A stretch of DNA of 64,000 bases from Lingula anatina (Eukaryota; Animalia; Brachiopoda): assembly GCA_051362555.1 (NCBI GenBank), contig CM120643.1, forward strand, positions 5,518,001 through 5,582,000, written 5' to 3'. The translations under genes and the position numbers were made by a program. Shown here piece after piece: positions 1 to 12,400 of this stretch (position 1 is its first letter; each line of letters opens with the position of its first letter). The notes beneath the pieces were generated by a model. The model had not been told where the DNA came from and did not search any database. It worked only from the letters and a program-made list of their open reading frames with translations.

Positions 1-73
1 TATTCATCAGATCTGTAAGTTTGAAGCAAAAGGTAAAACAGTTTTTCACTTATTGTGTTATCGGTGCTGCATA

Positions 74-1682
74 CAGGGTTGCTACTTAAAATGGAATATT
101 ATTTATCATTGTTATTTTTGAGTGCTGATTAAAATTGTTTTGGCTTGAGTCATTAAAAAAGTATGTCACTGAGTGATTATAACATCCAGTCTTCTGTTGT
201 GAGATATTTTGTTCAATAATATTAAATCTGACATAAGATGCCATTCAAAAGAAAGGAACACCCCAAGAAAACCATATCAACAGTCTGATGTCAGTATAAA
301 CTTTAAGATTAGATATTAAAGAAAATGATAGCCTCCGGACAGTGATATGTTACACAGTCAAAGAACTCACTACAGTAAATCATGAAAAGTCAGTAATTTC
401 GGGTATGACCTCCAGCAGCCGCTTGCAGCGCCCTCATCCTACATGGCATACCCTGTGACATGTTTTTTAGGGTTTGGCTGGGGATATCATTCCACGCAGT
501 GATATTTGCCTGTCGCAGTTCATCACTATTTACCGGTCGAGGACCATAGCTATTAATTCTGTGAGTTACTTCCGCCCACAGATTTTCAATTGGGTTAATA
601 TCTGGAGAGTTTGCAGGCCAGGGCAGTTGCTGAACCCATTGGTTTTGAAGAAAAACAGTGATTCTGCGGCCTTGATGTGGGGTTGCGCAGTCGTCTTGGT
701 ACGCAAAGTTGTTCCTGAAGATGACTCTTACCAATCGAATCATTGTATGCTGTAGAATGTTTCTGTAGGAATCCTGGATGAGGTTGCCTCCTAGAAAAAC
801 CAACTGGTTCTGGGCACCGACATGAAATGCTCCCCAAACAGAGACGTTACCATCCCCTGCTTGCACCCTAGGCAGTACACAATCATCGTTTTATGCCCCT
901 CGTACACGTCGGTGGACACGGATTCGACGATCAACCCTAAAAAATCCATATATGGCCTCATCACTGAAAACGACGTGATTCCAGTGTTTTGGCTGCAAAC
1001 GCACGTGGTCCCCAGCCCATTGCAGACGTCGCTGTATATGACCTGCTGTTAACAGTGGTTTCCCTACTGGCCTTTGTGCAAAATAACCGGCTTGCAGTAA
1101 TCTCTTGTTCACGAGGGACCTTGAAACGGGCGTTTGAATGATATTCTGCCTCTCTTTTCTGAGGACACTGGTTGTCTTTGTACGACCAGCACGGCGTCCT
1201 TTAAGGAGAAGGCGATCCTGTCTTCTTGGTGTGATACGCGGACACCCTGGTCGAGGTATTGGAGTAGGTGCCCCTGTTGCAGCAATTCTTTGGAGGACTT
1301 CACAAACGGTTCCTGATAAATGTTGAATTACCTGACAATGGCTGTCCCTTTTCTGGCCATTTTCTCTCAGAGCAAGAATCCCATAGTAAGCTGCGTTGCT
1401 TAGCTGTCGAACCATATCTTCACTAATGTACCTGTCAAGTTTCAGAGCGTTTTTAAACAAGGGCAGAAATTGCCGAAAAGACCACCCCTCACATTTCTGA
1501 CCACAGAACATGCAACTGCATGCATCAATTGTTTCGAGAGTTGTGTGGTAATTAGGTAACACCCCTGGCTACATATGGAGTGACACCTCAGCTTTGGATT
1601 AAAAGTAGTTAGAGAGAAATTAAATATTTTGTAGAAAAATTACTCGCCAAAAAATAATATTCCATATTAAGTGGTAACCCTG
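74..1682 (-). mobile_element. Tc1-family (DD34E) DNA transposon, full length, inactivated
   Basis: Left TIR CAGGGTTGCTACTTAAAATGGAATATTATTT starts at 74. The right end (to 1682) reads CAGGGTTACCACTTAATATGGAATATTATTT on the reverse strand. TA target-site duplications at 72-73 and 1683-1684. The interior encodes a Tc1 transposase. Confidence 0.93.
390..1415 (-). pseudogene. Tc1 transposase interrupted by an in-frame stop
   Basis: ATG at 1415 (MVRQLS...). GRP-like motif PRPGCPRIT, then VVFSDE, YQDDCATPH, WPANSPDINPIENLW and C-terminal GGHTRNY. 34 residues lie between the second D and the E (DD34E). ORFs 891..1562 and 390..866 are in the same frame, split by one TAA at 891-893. The N-terminal HTH segment also looks degraded. 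Confidence 0.92.
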
Positions 1683-2329
1683 TATATGCTGAAAAAAGTG
1701 AAAAAACAGCATAAATTCCCTAAAAGTGACCCGATCATGCTGATTTTCGAACCTGACCTGCGTATTATGAATATTCATCAGTTCTGTAAGTTTCAAACCA
1801 AAAGAATAAACAATTTTCCACTTATCGTGTTATCGGTAAAAGTGCACGGCGACGACGGCGACGGCGACGACAGACGCAGATGATGGCTATATGTACAGAC
1901 ACATCTGTGTCTGTACATAAAAAGCATGTATGAGTGTAGTACATATTCGTACTCCATCACGTGATTGGTTGTTGAGACGATAGAAATGTGAGTACATATA
2001 TTCGTATACTTGTATATCAAACTGTCAGATTTAACTACAAATAGGATGCATATACTCATAACAATGATCGAGTAAGCATATATTAATACATTGCTAAGGT
2101 TCATGCCCAGTAGGCCTACCACATACCGGTTGTATACCGGATATCGAGCGTATCTATAAACAAACATAGGAGCATCTACTTTCACAAGGCGTATAATATA
2201 GCAATACATAGGCCTCACCACAAATGATGTCTTGATTATGCAATGAGTACATAGAAAGAAAAACATATTGAATATAGTTGTAGAGTTATCAGGTGAGAGG
2301 GTTTTCTATCAAGGCTTTGATACTATTAT

Positions 2330-2864
2330 TTATTGATAATTTGAGCTTTTTTGTCGGTTTGCAAGAAAGTAGAGTAGGCCTACAGGTCAATGTTGCGGAA
2401 AGTCTTGATATATGAGCGGGCATTATTCCAATTAGGTATCTCAGGTTTAGCTCTGCATATAGTTATAAATTTCTTAATGAGCAATACGACGATATGAAGA
2501 CCCGGTAGCCTGTTATCAATGGCACCCAAAACTAACATTTCTATTTTTCTCTCAAGCCGTAACTCGTAATTTTGTTGAATACTCTGCAGCAGACATGTCC
2601 ATATGTTCTTGACATAAACATATTCCCATAATAAATGTTTTAATATTTCGGCCTCAATTTGACAGAAGGTGCACATCTGTGACTCACTCAACTTCATTTT
2701 TTTCCAACCGATAATTAGTAAAATAGATACCATGATTGATCTTGAACTGTAATGTTTGTAAGCTCGCATCTTGAGTATACAAAAGGTGCAGTGTAAATCA
2801 GAGTCCACGTCTCTTCTCCGAGTAAGGCCCCGATTCTTGTTTCCCAGTACCCGTTAGCCCAATT

Positions 2865-2908
<44 letters not shown>

Positions 2909-3090
2909 TTATCATTCAAAACCCCGTCCCCATACTCTTTTATGACCGAGCGCCAATCTCTTGGAATTGACTTTTTCAGCCCCAGATATTGAAGAAAGCT
3001 GAAGTTAGCGCTTTATTTTGGGTTTAATTCTTCTAATGTGCAAAGTTCCCCCTCAGCGTTCACAATTTCAGAAATAAAGCTTTGCCAATT
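2330..3090 (-). mobile_element. L1/Tx1-clade LINE ORF2 3' fragment (zf-RVT-type Cys motif)
   Basis: Minus-strand translations FLQYLGLKKSIPRDW and KMKLSESQMCTFCQIEAEILKHLLWEYVYVKNIW...LLIKKFITICR are typical of the L1/Tx1 ORF2 C-terminus. Frameshifted and interrupted by T38 at 2870-2907. Confidence 0.75.
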
Positions 3091-3454
3091 TTGATACACT
3101 GTTATATAATTAACATAATCACTCTAACCCTCTTACATTATGCGCTACAGGTAACAAGGACACTGGAATAGCTAGCAAGTGATTCAGTTCAACGGGACAT
3201 AAAAGCCACTGAAAATGCTAATGTGTGAAAAATGAAGATTCAAATAATAATAATAATAAAATAAAATAAAAAAATAAATATAATGATAATTACCGTAAAT
3301 GTAAACCGATCGTGCAGATTTTTAAAGCAACCTACTAAACAAACACAGTTAATTTAAAGTAAAACTAAATGCGGTTTGGAAGTTATGGGCGAACGAACCA
3401 AAATTCTGAAAAAAAAAAAAAAAAACTAAATAAATGAAACAGAATAATTGCTTT

Positions 3455-3562
3455 CCCAGCAAACACGTCACGCATGGATCACGTGGTTAGCACATTGCTA
3501 CCATATTATAACGTCATAGTCACGGATTAACCACGCAGTACCGACGGGACGTGTTTGCTGGG
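3455..3562. mobile_element. 108-bp MITE with CCCAGCAAACACGTC TIRs (CMC/EnSpm-type ends)
   Basis: Perfect 15-bp inverted termini CCCAGCAAACACGTC ... GACGTGTTTGCTGGG, flanked by TT on both sides (2-bp TSD). Confidence 0.7.
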
Positions 3563-3756
3563 TTAAATCAAGACCAATCATACCTATTTTCGAAAGAAAC
3601 CTGCCCCTTTCCAAAAACAATGTCACTCAGTAAATTTAATGTAAAACAAAAATAATGATTGGCAGTTATGGGGCGAACGTCATGTGTCGGACAGCGACGG
3701 CGCGCCGGCGACAGAGCGAACAGACAGACCAATGAGAATATATTCAAAAATATACC

Positions 3757-5422
3757 AAAAATGAGTACATCATCGCCGTCTGCTTTTATCAACGTCTTCT
3801 CCAGCACAATGGGATAAAATTAGTGGACACCGTCACAATCATGTTGAGACAGAATCTAAAAGGCGAATACTGTAGACTGGGCACTGTTATAACCTTGTTA
3901 TAACTGAAATTCTGTAAATAAATTTGTAAAAACTTTAACAATTTACTTATAGAAATATTTCCAGGTTAAAGTTACAGTTACAATAATGTTTGATTCATTG
4001 TGTGTATTGTTTTGCCTTCTATTTGATGTTAACATTCTAAGCTTCTCGCCCGAGAGATCAGTTGGCTTAGGTGTCATTATATACAAACTTTCATAAACGC
4101 TGCCTCTTTCTTTCTATTTCACGACAAGATGCATTTACTGCCCGTCTTTCCAACCCCCAAAAATGATTTTTTGTACCTGCCTAGGTGCTAATTTATTCTA
4201 ATTTATAACATAAAAAACATGAAATTTTATTAGCCGCAGTTCCTGAAATTGTTTCAATAGTTGCCATCTTTAAAAAAGGGTCTTAGTGAATTATTGTATA
4301 GTTTATAAATAGATTTATAGAAAAAAATCTTTGATATGTTGAAAAGATTGCACAACGTCCCCTTCTTATTTCTATTACTCAAAGTTTAAGGACATTAACA
4401 AACACTGTATAAATAACATGTCATCACAACCAATGCCTCATTAAGTCGTCGAGGGAGAGGAATAAAGAGTTCAAGAATAATAATTATGAAATAAAATAGA
4501 CAAGACATTGATATAAAGGTTGACAGACGAATAAATTCCACACAAATATTACCGCCATTCCGTTAAGTTTTCAGCAATATAACAATCAGGAGCTTTCGAT
4601 ATGTTTGTGTGTGTGGGTGGGGGGGGGGGGGGGGCGAACTTTAACAAAAAATTTTAGCGGAGTCATTAAACTGCCTTGATTCTGATTTATTATTTTAAAA
4701 AATCAAATATGTTACATCAAAGACGTCTGTCTTTAAACCTTGAGTAGAATATTAAGTACCACCGCCATCACGTGGCGCGCCCAGCCCGTTTATGTGGTGG
4801 TTACAGCAATAAAACATTTCCGTAAAAATAATTCGAAACCAGAAATATATTTTGGCTTAACATGTATAAAGTCTAGATATGATCTGAGTCAACAAGAGAA
4901 GAAAAGAAAAAAATGGATACATTTATTGAGCAAATAAAACTATGATATAGGCCTATTTATAAAACACGTGTTATTATAATTTAAAGTCATTCACAAATAT
5001 ATGTAACTTGTTTCAGTGTTATTGTTTTGGTTTCTTTCGACGATGAATATGCCAGTGTTATAAAATTAATCACAATGAATTTTTTCATTGCAAAATTTTG
5101 CATTTTTTCTTTTCAAAATAGGCCCTAAACTTATCACCATTTCATTAAAAAAAATGTCGACCACTCGCGAGCCGACATGTTGAATTCAATGTTTTCTCTT
5201 ATTTCCATATTTCTTGGCCACGCTTGCAGTTGGATTCGTTGGAAATAAGTACATCCGGTAAAAAAGTTTCGAGCTAAATTCAAGATTACCTGTTATGTCA
5301 CTCCTGAGAAATTATTTGAAAAATGAGCACATCAGCGCCGCCTGCCGTTTACCACCGTCTTCTCAAGCACAATGTGATAAAATTAGTGGACACCGTCACA
5401 ATCATGTTGAGACAGAATCTAA
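3757..5422. repeat. Local direct duplication (~105-bp conserved block at 3757-3859 and 5319-5422)
   Basis: 47-bp identical core GATAAAATTAGTGGACACCGTCACAATCATGTTGAGACAGAATCTAA in both copies, with weaker similarity downstream. Confidence 0.85.
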
Positions 5423-6657
5423 GGCCGTTTTAGTAGACCTACTGCTGTAAACAAACCTTTTCCGTCTATATATTGTAACGAACTAAAGCAATTTTTGTAA
5501 GGAGGTATTTCTAAATGTTTTTACTTTCACATGTTTCAGTGTTTTATTATTTTTTACAAAACTGGTGAGATCTGGTTTTTCCTTCACTTTAATATTAACA
5601 TTCTGAGCAGATAAACTTTTATTAATTCTTCACCGACTTTGAGTTTTTCCTGTCTTTTGTGAAATGGGAGAATAGTCGTTTTTTTTTTTTTTTTTTTTAG
5701 GGTTGTAGCAGGTTTATCATTAATAACCATATTTACAAGGTGATAGCCGAGCGACCAGTTTGCACATGCTCAGAGGCTATGTTATATTTCGTACTCCCCA
5801 ACAACGAGAGCAGCAGTCATTTGTAAACAACATGGTGGCAGTGAAGCCCGGCTGAAGATTATGGCGAGGTTTATTTATAAGATTACTTAGTAGCTAAGGA
5901 GAAAGACCATATAGTACCATTCTCTTGGTAAAGGTCAGTAGAACAAAATCTCTTCAATAACTTTTTTCATCCAATTTAGTTAAACTGCCCCCACATGTTC
6001 ATTACTCCGAATAAGCAAACCCTATCCGCCAAATATACTGCACCGAACTAACAAGATACAGCGAGAATCTTTAGCAAATTCCGTTTACATAACATTAGAC
6101 TCGTTTTCTTGAGTTTTTTTGTTTTAAATAACGGTTGATTTAGCTCGAAGAGGTCATATATATTACTAATAGATCCACACATTTTCAAAGCACACTTCTT
6201 ATTTCAGCAAATTAACTTGTCACACTTTTCATTCATATATATATGCAAACCATGCACATGTAGTAAAGAAGAACAAATATTGTATGAGGCTACCGTGAAT
6301 TCCCTGTATGGCACATAAACTAGTTTCTTATACAGATTAAACAAAGTCGATATGCCAAAAGAAAAACCAAGTCACTCAGTCAACCAAAAAATAGTTGAAA
6401 ACTGCATCTTCTTCAAATTTCTGATCCAAAACTGGACCTATTTATCCATCCCTCCAGTTCCTAAAGGTGCATGTAATGACATGATTATATGTATGGTACA
6501 TAACTGATGCACACGTAATATTAGCATTAATATTTTTAAATAGGTGGTAGAAGGGAATGAGGGCCATATGTGTATATATCACAGTGTTATACTATTTGAA
6601 AATGTATATATGGAATTTGGCCATGTTCATGGGCAAAGATTTGAAATCATATGTTAC

Positions 6658-6813
6658 CAGTGTTAGAAATTAAGGCTGGACCGTCTGCCCGGGGCTGACA
6701 ACTTTCAGAACAGGCTGAGAAGTTTTTCCACCCGGCAGACATTCAGTCCAGCTACTTTTCAAGATGGCTGGACTTTCGGTCCAGCAACTAATTTTCCTAA
6801 GAAGCAAACACTG
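6658..6813. mobile_element. hAT-type MITE
   Basis: Termini CAGTGTT...AACACTG. 8-bp flanks TATGTTAC / TATGTAAC match 7 of 8, as expected for a hAT TSD. Confidence 0.65.
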
Positions 6814-9374
6814 TATGTAACTGTAAAAAATGTGTTGAATAAACTGTGTCTTCAATCCAGTTCATTCCCCCAACATGGTAAATCATCCCCAGGAGACTGC
6901 TGTACCTGGTGTTACATGAAACTTCTGGCAAAGAGATCATTTACTGCATCTTCATCTGCTACATCACCGCCATCCTCGTTTAAAAGACAGTCATGCTTTC
7001 ACAAGGTAGAGAGCCCCTAAAATTAATACCTGGCAACCTGCTGCCATGTCTGTTGGAATCAGTTTTTTGTAAAATCTGCTTCCTAGCAAGTGTTCATGAC
7101 TAGATCAGGCAATTAATATATTTTCTTTGCCAAATTTCTTGGTTGTTTTGTATCTAGGTATGTACATTTGTACTAGTATGACAGCATCATTAAATGTGTG
7201 TGTATAGATATTATTCCACATTAGACATGATTTGCAGTTTATAATTCAAAAACTCTGCAACAAATTAACTTCAAGCTAATTTCAAGCTAATTTTTTCAAC
7301 CTTGGTGAGCACAAACACAAACACGTAATTATAGCATTACTGATTATATTTAAGTCTTCACCCCCCCACCCCCACCCCCCCACCCACCCCCACCCCCACC
7401 CCCCGCTAGATTGGCCAATGTATATATATGAAAATGCATAGAGCATTGGTGTAGTTCACAAATGAAATATGTGTAGGTGCAGAATTGTTTGTAAATAATA
7501 ACTTCTGCTGACTCATAACAATACATCATAATATTTAGGATAAGGAGTCGTATTGAATATATGATATATAGTTTTTGTCCCTAAGGCCGTAACATTTAAT
7601 ATGTACAGGCAACAATTTGCTACATTGTTAAAGTAATAAATTATAAGGACAATTTATTAGTGGAGTTTTGTAATATAAGTGGCCTTTTTGGTGAGTCTCG
7701 AACAACCAATATTCTTTGTTGCCTGTTTTTTATATGAGTGGGATTATGAATGTTTGTAGTAATCTGGGATTGAGGAGACAAAGTTTATGCTTCATATTTA
7801 AAGAATGGTGAAGAATAATAAATGTTATGTGGAGAACACATTCAGCAATTAGAAGTTGAGCATTAATATATTTTATTTGCTTATGTCTTATCCTTCTTTT
7901 AGATGCAAACAAATAAAATGACAACTATCTCTTACTAAATAATTTGTTTTAGATAAGAATTAATCAGGGCTTGTTAACAGCAACTAAAATAAATTTACTT
8001 TAAAACATTGATATATACATATAGCCACAGGATAGAAATGCCCCTGCATTGTTTACTAAATTAACCCCATTTTACTGCATCTTTAATTCTCATAGACAAT
8101 CAAACATTTGAATGTTTTGCAAACTTTTTCTGTTACTTCATAGATTTATAATGAATATTAATTACTTCTTAATAGATAGAATAGCTTTTCCATTATTACT
8201 GTTGAAAATGTGAAACTTCTCTGTATGATGCATATGAATATTAACAGTTCAACCACTGTAGTCAAAACTTAAATAGATATAAATGTTTTTTTTCCTCCCT
8301 CACTCTCATAATCATTATCTATGATTGTCCTATTTTTGTTTTATAGTTAATACCATTATAGCCATTAGAGTCACTACGACAACCATATAATATCCTAAAC
8401 AAATAACTCTATTGTTATACCCATTGGTCACTTTATAGCTGACCAGTTGCTATTGACTTTCCAAAGATGCCACACATTAACTTCATCTTCATTTTCACTT
8501 GTATTTAGAATGGCTATACCCCTTCACAATGGAATGACGTTAGCTGCAGATTGATTTGACTTCATGTGTCAATACGCATGAGGGGAAGACCTTGACAACC
8601 GTTCAGTGATGTTTATTGATAGCATTCAAACCTTTGGGAAAATATTGGCCTTGATATATACATCACAATAGGTTTTTGGTTACGCTCAAGTTGAGGCTTG
8701 TGTTATTCATGTTCCAGGGTTCTGTTAATTTTAAATTGATGTTATTATGGAGAAGTGATTTTTGGTATGGCTCCTATTGATTTATCCATGTTCTTGGCCT
8801 ATAGATACACACATGTGCTCCTGACCTGCTTAGTTAGACTTTGCACAAGGCCCTGTGTCAGGATTACACAGTTGTGAAAAAAGAGGCTAAGCACACAAAA
8901 GCAGCAAATACTTAAACTAGGCAAAGGCCAGGTAAATGTTTGGTACGGTGTACAGTACAGTCTGTTATGCTGAATAACTGGAGTTGTTCAAAAATCAATT
9001 TTTAATTCTCTGTTTATTGTTTTATTTTTAACTTTAAATGTGTTTATTTCCACCATTGTTTACCCCTTCGAAAATGGTTGGAAAAAATCATAATGCAAAA
9101 GCTGAATGACAAAAATTGAATTGAAACTTAGAAATGTATTGCTGTTGCCTGCAGAAGTCATTAGATACTGAGCATTCCTAACAGAGATATACCTACAGGG
9201 TTTTACTCTTAGCACATGCACTTCAATAAGTAGACAGTTTTGCAAAACTTTATATCTTTGGTTTTTTGCAGAAAAGGCATCTGTTTTACTTAGTAGATGA
9301 GGAATATGAATTGCTGAGTCACATCTTGTCCATTCAAATTACTACAGTTCACAGTGCTCTGGGGCAGAGACAAC

Positions 9375-9439
9375 ATGGGCAGTGCCTGCAGTACAGCTGA
9401 CACCATCACACCAGAGGAGAAGAGAAAGCAACCAATTGA
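9375..9439 (+). CDS. NWD-like coding exon 1 (MGSACSTADTITPEEKRKQPIE)
   Basis: caacATGG Kozak context. Donor GA|gtaag is phase 2 and matches the next exon. An upstream acceptor tttgcag at 9271 implies a further 5' UTR exon. Confidence 0.8.
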
Positions 9440-12400
9440 GTAAGACTTCTTTTCCTCACTGTATAATAATAAGTTGAACTTTACAAAACAAGTGACATGT
9501 TGAGATTCATTAACTGGTTAATTATGATTACTATGTGAATATTTGTTTTCCTTTTTTAACAATGTTCAAGTTGTTTGGTGTGATGTTGTAGAATTGCATT
9601 TTAAAGTGGTATGACTAGATTTGTGTATAAGTAATCCAGTTGATATTCTTTTATGTATCTTCAAATGTGTTAACTGATATTTGTAGTAAATTCCTTTAGA
9701 GTCATGATCAGAATGGGGTGGGGGGTGGAGGGGTATTGAAGCAAGAAGCTGCCAGTCTTAAGTTTGGAAGGTGAGACAACTAAGAATAAAAGCAAGCTTA
9801 AAAGCAGATCTAGAGATATTAAAGCCTGCACCTTAAGTTTTGTGTCTTTTTGTTTATCTCCAGTGTAATTCCTTTAGTATTTGTTTTGCCTTATTTGAAC
9901 CAGTTAATCTGTGAACTAGATTTTAAGAATATTGATCTTAGCCTTTATAACCTATCATTCAGTAGCTTTCATGCACTCAATGCTTTCAAAGTGGACAGTA
10001 AATCTGTAAAAGTAAAAGAAAAAAAAATAATAAAATGAACCTCATTTCCAATTTTATTCCAACAGGAAGAGGTTGACTGTCATTGTTTGTCTCAGGTGGA
10101 AACCATGACTTTGCAGATTTTTTGTATAAACTTTTTTTAAAGCTGATGTCATAAGGGCCCACATGCTTTCCAAAAAGTAAGCCAAGTTTCTATTGCGCTG
10201 ATGATTTAAGATAGACATAAAAGCAGTCAGTTATCTGAGTTTGGAATACACAACTGACGCTGTAGGTTTGCTTACACTCTGAAATCACAAGGTCAGCACA
10301 GATATCTGGGTTAAGGTATAGCATCCAAAATATCCTCATTGCCTCAGCGCTAGAACTCTGGGACAGTCATGTAAGTAACCTGTACACAACATCATCCAAG
10401 CATCACAGTTTAATAGATTGTTTAAGCCTAAGACATGTCTGACTAGGGACTAGGTTCAGTGCACTGAGATGGGTTTAGTTCTCTTCATCCGTTCCTTCTT
10501 CTTATGCACCTTCAGCCTTAATACATAGCACTTGGTGTCCTTTTCAGAACATTTTGAACGTAATCTTGATAAGTTTTGATAGTATTTGAGTATCGTGCTA
10601 TTTTCATTAATTTTAGGTCCAAGGAAAATAAGTCAACAATTTCCAATGGCAGTGCAGCAAAAGGTGGAATCTCCTCTGAAGACAACTCAAAATCTGACAA
10701 ATCAAGTGGACCAACGAGAGTGAAACATGTTTGTATTCCTGATGATCGAAAGTTGCCAGCAATAGAAAAATTGGAAGACGGGATTCGTCCACTGATCTAT
10801 GGGATTTTACAAACAGAAAATGGACAGAAAATCAAAGTACTGAAAAGGCACATTCGGATTTATCATAGTGCTTGTCTAACAGGTAAGATATAGACACGTT
10901 TATATAATATATGGAGAGAGAGAGAGCCTGAAAATTTGTTCCAAGATCTTTCAACCCTACTGGGCCTCTTCAGAGTTTATTTGGTTATGGATGTGATTAT
11001 GACATCATAGTTGTGAGTTGTCACGTCATAGTTGTGACGTCACAACCACATTTGGATAAGCTATCAGATGAATTGTTGAATACAAGTATACAAGTGCACT
11101 ATATCACATTTAATTTTGACTCAGATATTTTAACAAATTTTCTTCTGATAGAAGGAGAACATTTTTAATTTTTAGGTGTCCATTTTATGGAATATGTCTC
11201 AGATATTTTAGTCCAATTTTTTGCTTGTGAAACCCTACCATTAAAAAACATATATTATTTTATCAGAAGTGAATCTGTGACTGCCAGTAATAAGATTATG
11301 ATTGTAGTATAGTCAGCAGTTAAGAAATGTCCACCCAAGTGCTGCTATAGTTGTGTATTTGTTAACAATATCGATGCTCAGTCATGCATTGAAAAACAAA
11401 GTATGGCATTTGCATTTATTAACTTAATGTTGTTCATAAAATACTCAGTCTGTGTACTGTAACTGAGGTCACTGGTGTGAGATGGTCTCTATGGTACTGA
11501 TAATATTAACAACCATTAGCTGACAAACTCAGTGCCAGCAGCAATGGAATATTGGGTTTGTGTGAAATGTTTGCTTACTGATCCTGCTTTATGTATTTAG
11601 GTTTTACATGGTGTGACTTGGATAAACAAACATTCCCAATGTCAACATATTTAATGTTTGGTTTTTATAGACCAGAAAATGGTTATGGTCTACAGGGTAG
11701 TTTATAGTCACAATAAAAAGACAGTTTTGTTGTAGTTTTGCAAGTCTCTTGGATTCACCAGTTTTTACTGGTCTGGAATGATGATCAGGGATGGTTACAT
11801 CAAAGTTACGATTGACATGAATTGAAGTGAATTCTGGAGATAAGATTTAGAGTTGAAAAAGTGCTATCATTTTCCATTTTGCTGGTTTTCTGCATATACA
11901 CTAAACATTTCTTTAAACTGTCCTGATAGAGACATCATATAAAGTTAGATGACAGTTTTTCTTAATTTTCACACATATATTTTGGAAAGTCATTTTGAGA
12001 ACAGTATTACATGAATATGTTATTGATTTTTTAATGAAAACGAGCTAAAAAGTTATTGTTTGTGTTAGTTATTCTTTATGCTGTCCTTTTGAGTTTGAAA
12101 TACATTATTTGCCTAGGATACCTACTGTACCTGTAACCCCAAAATTAAACAAATGACCCTAATAGCTGTACATTTCCTAAAAGTTTTGGACACATGGCAT
12201 ATTATACCTATGGTATGAACCCAATTTTTTGTCTGAGTAACATGAAATCTGCCAGCAAAGGGCCACAGAAACCATCAGGACTAGTAGACATATTGAGCTT
12301 TTTAGTCAATAGTCCCAGATATCAGGACAGACAAGGAATACATGCTGGGGGGGACTACTTTAAAAATCTTTTTAACTATCTTTTATATATGCTGTGTGAT

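Larger units (their letters stand above)
1..1923 (+). mobile_element. HINE/pearl-like non-autonomous element (tandem-repeat core, microsatellite, 3' palindrome) hosting the Tc1 insertion
   Basis: 1-65 resembles 1772-1836, giving a ~160-bp unit once the Tc1 is removed. (GACGGC)-type microsatellite at ~1846-1875. 13-bp stem palindrome TATGTACAGACAC-atct-GTGTCTGTACATA at 1890-1919, followed by an A-run. The 5' part lies outside the window. Confidence 0.6.

Noticed and set aside
891-1562. 223-aa ORF as an independent gene
   Set aside because: It is the N-terminal half of the Tc1 transposase (real start 1415), split from 390..866 by one stop codon.
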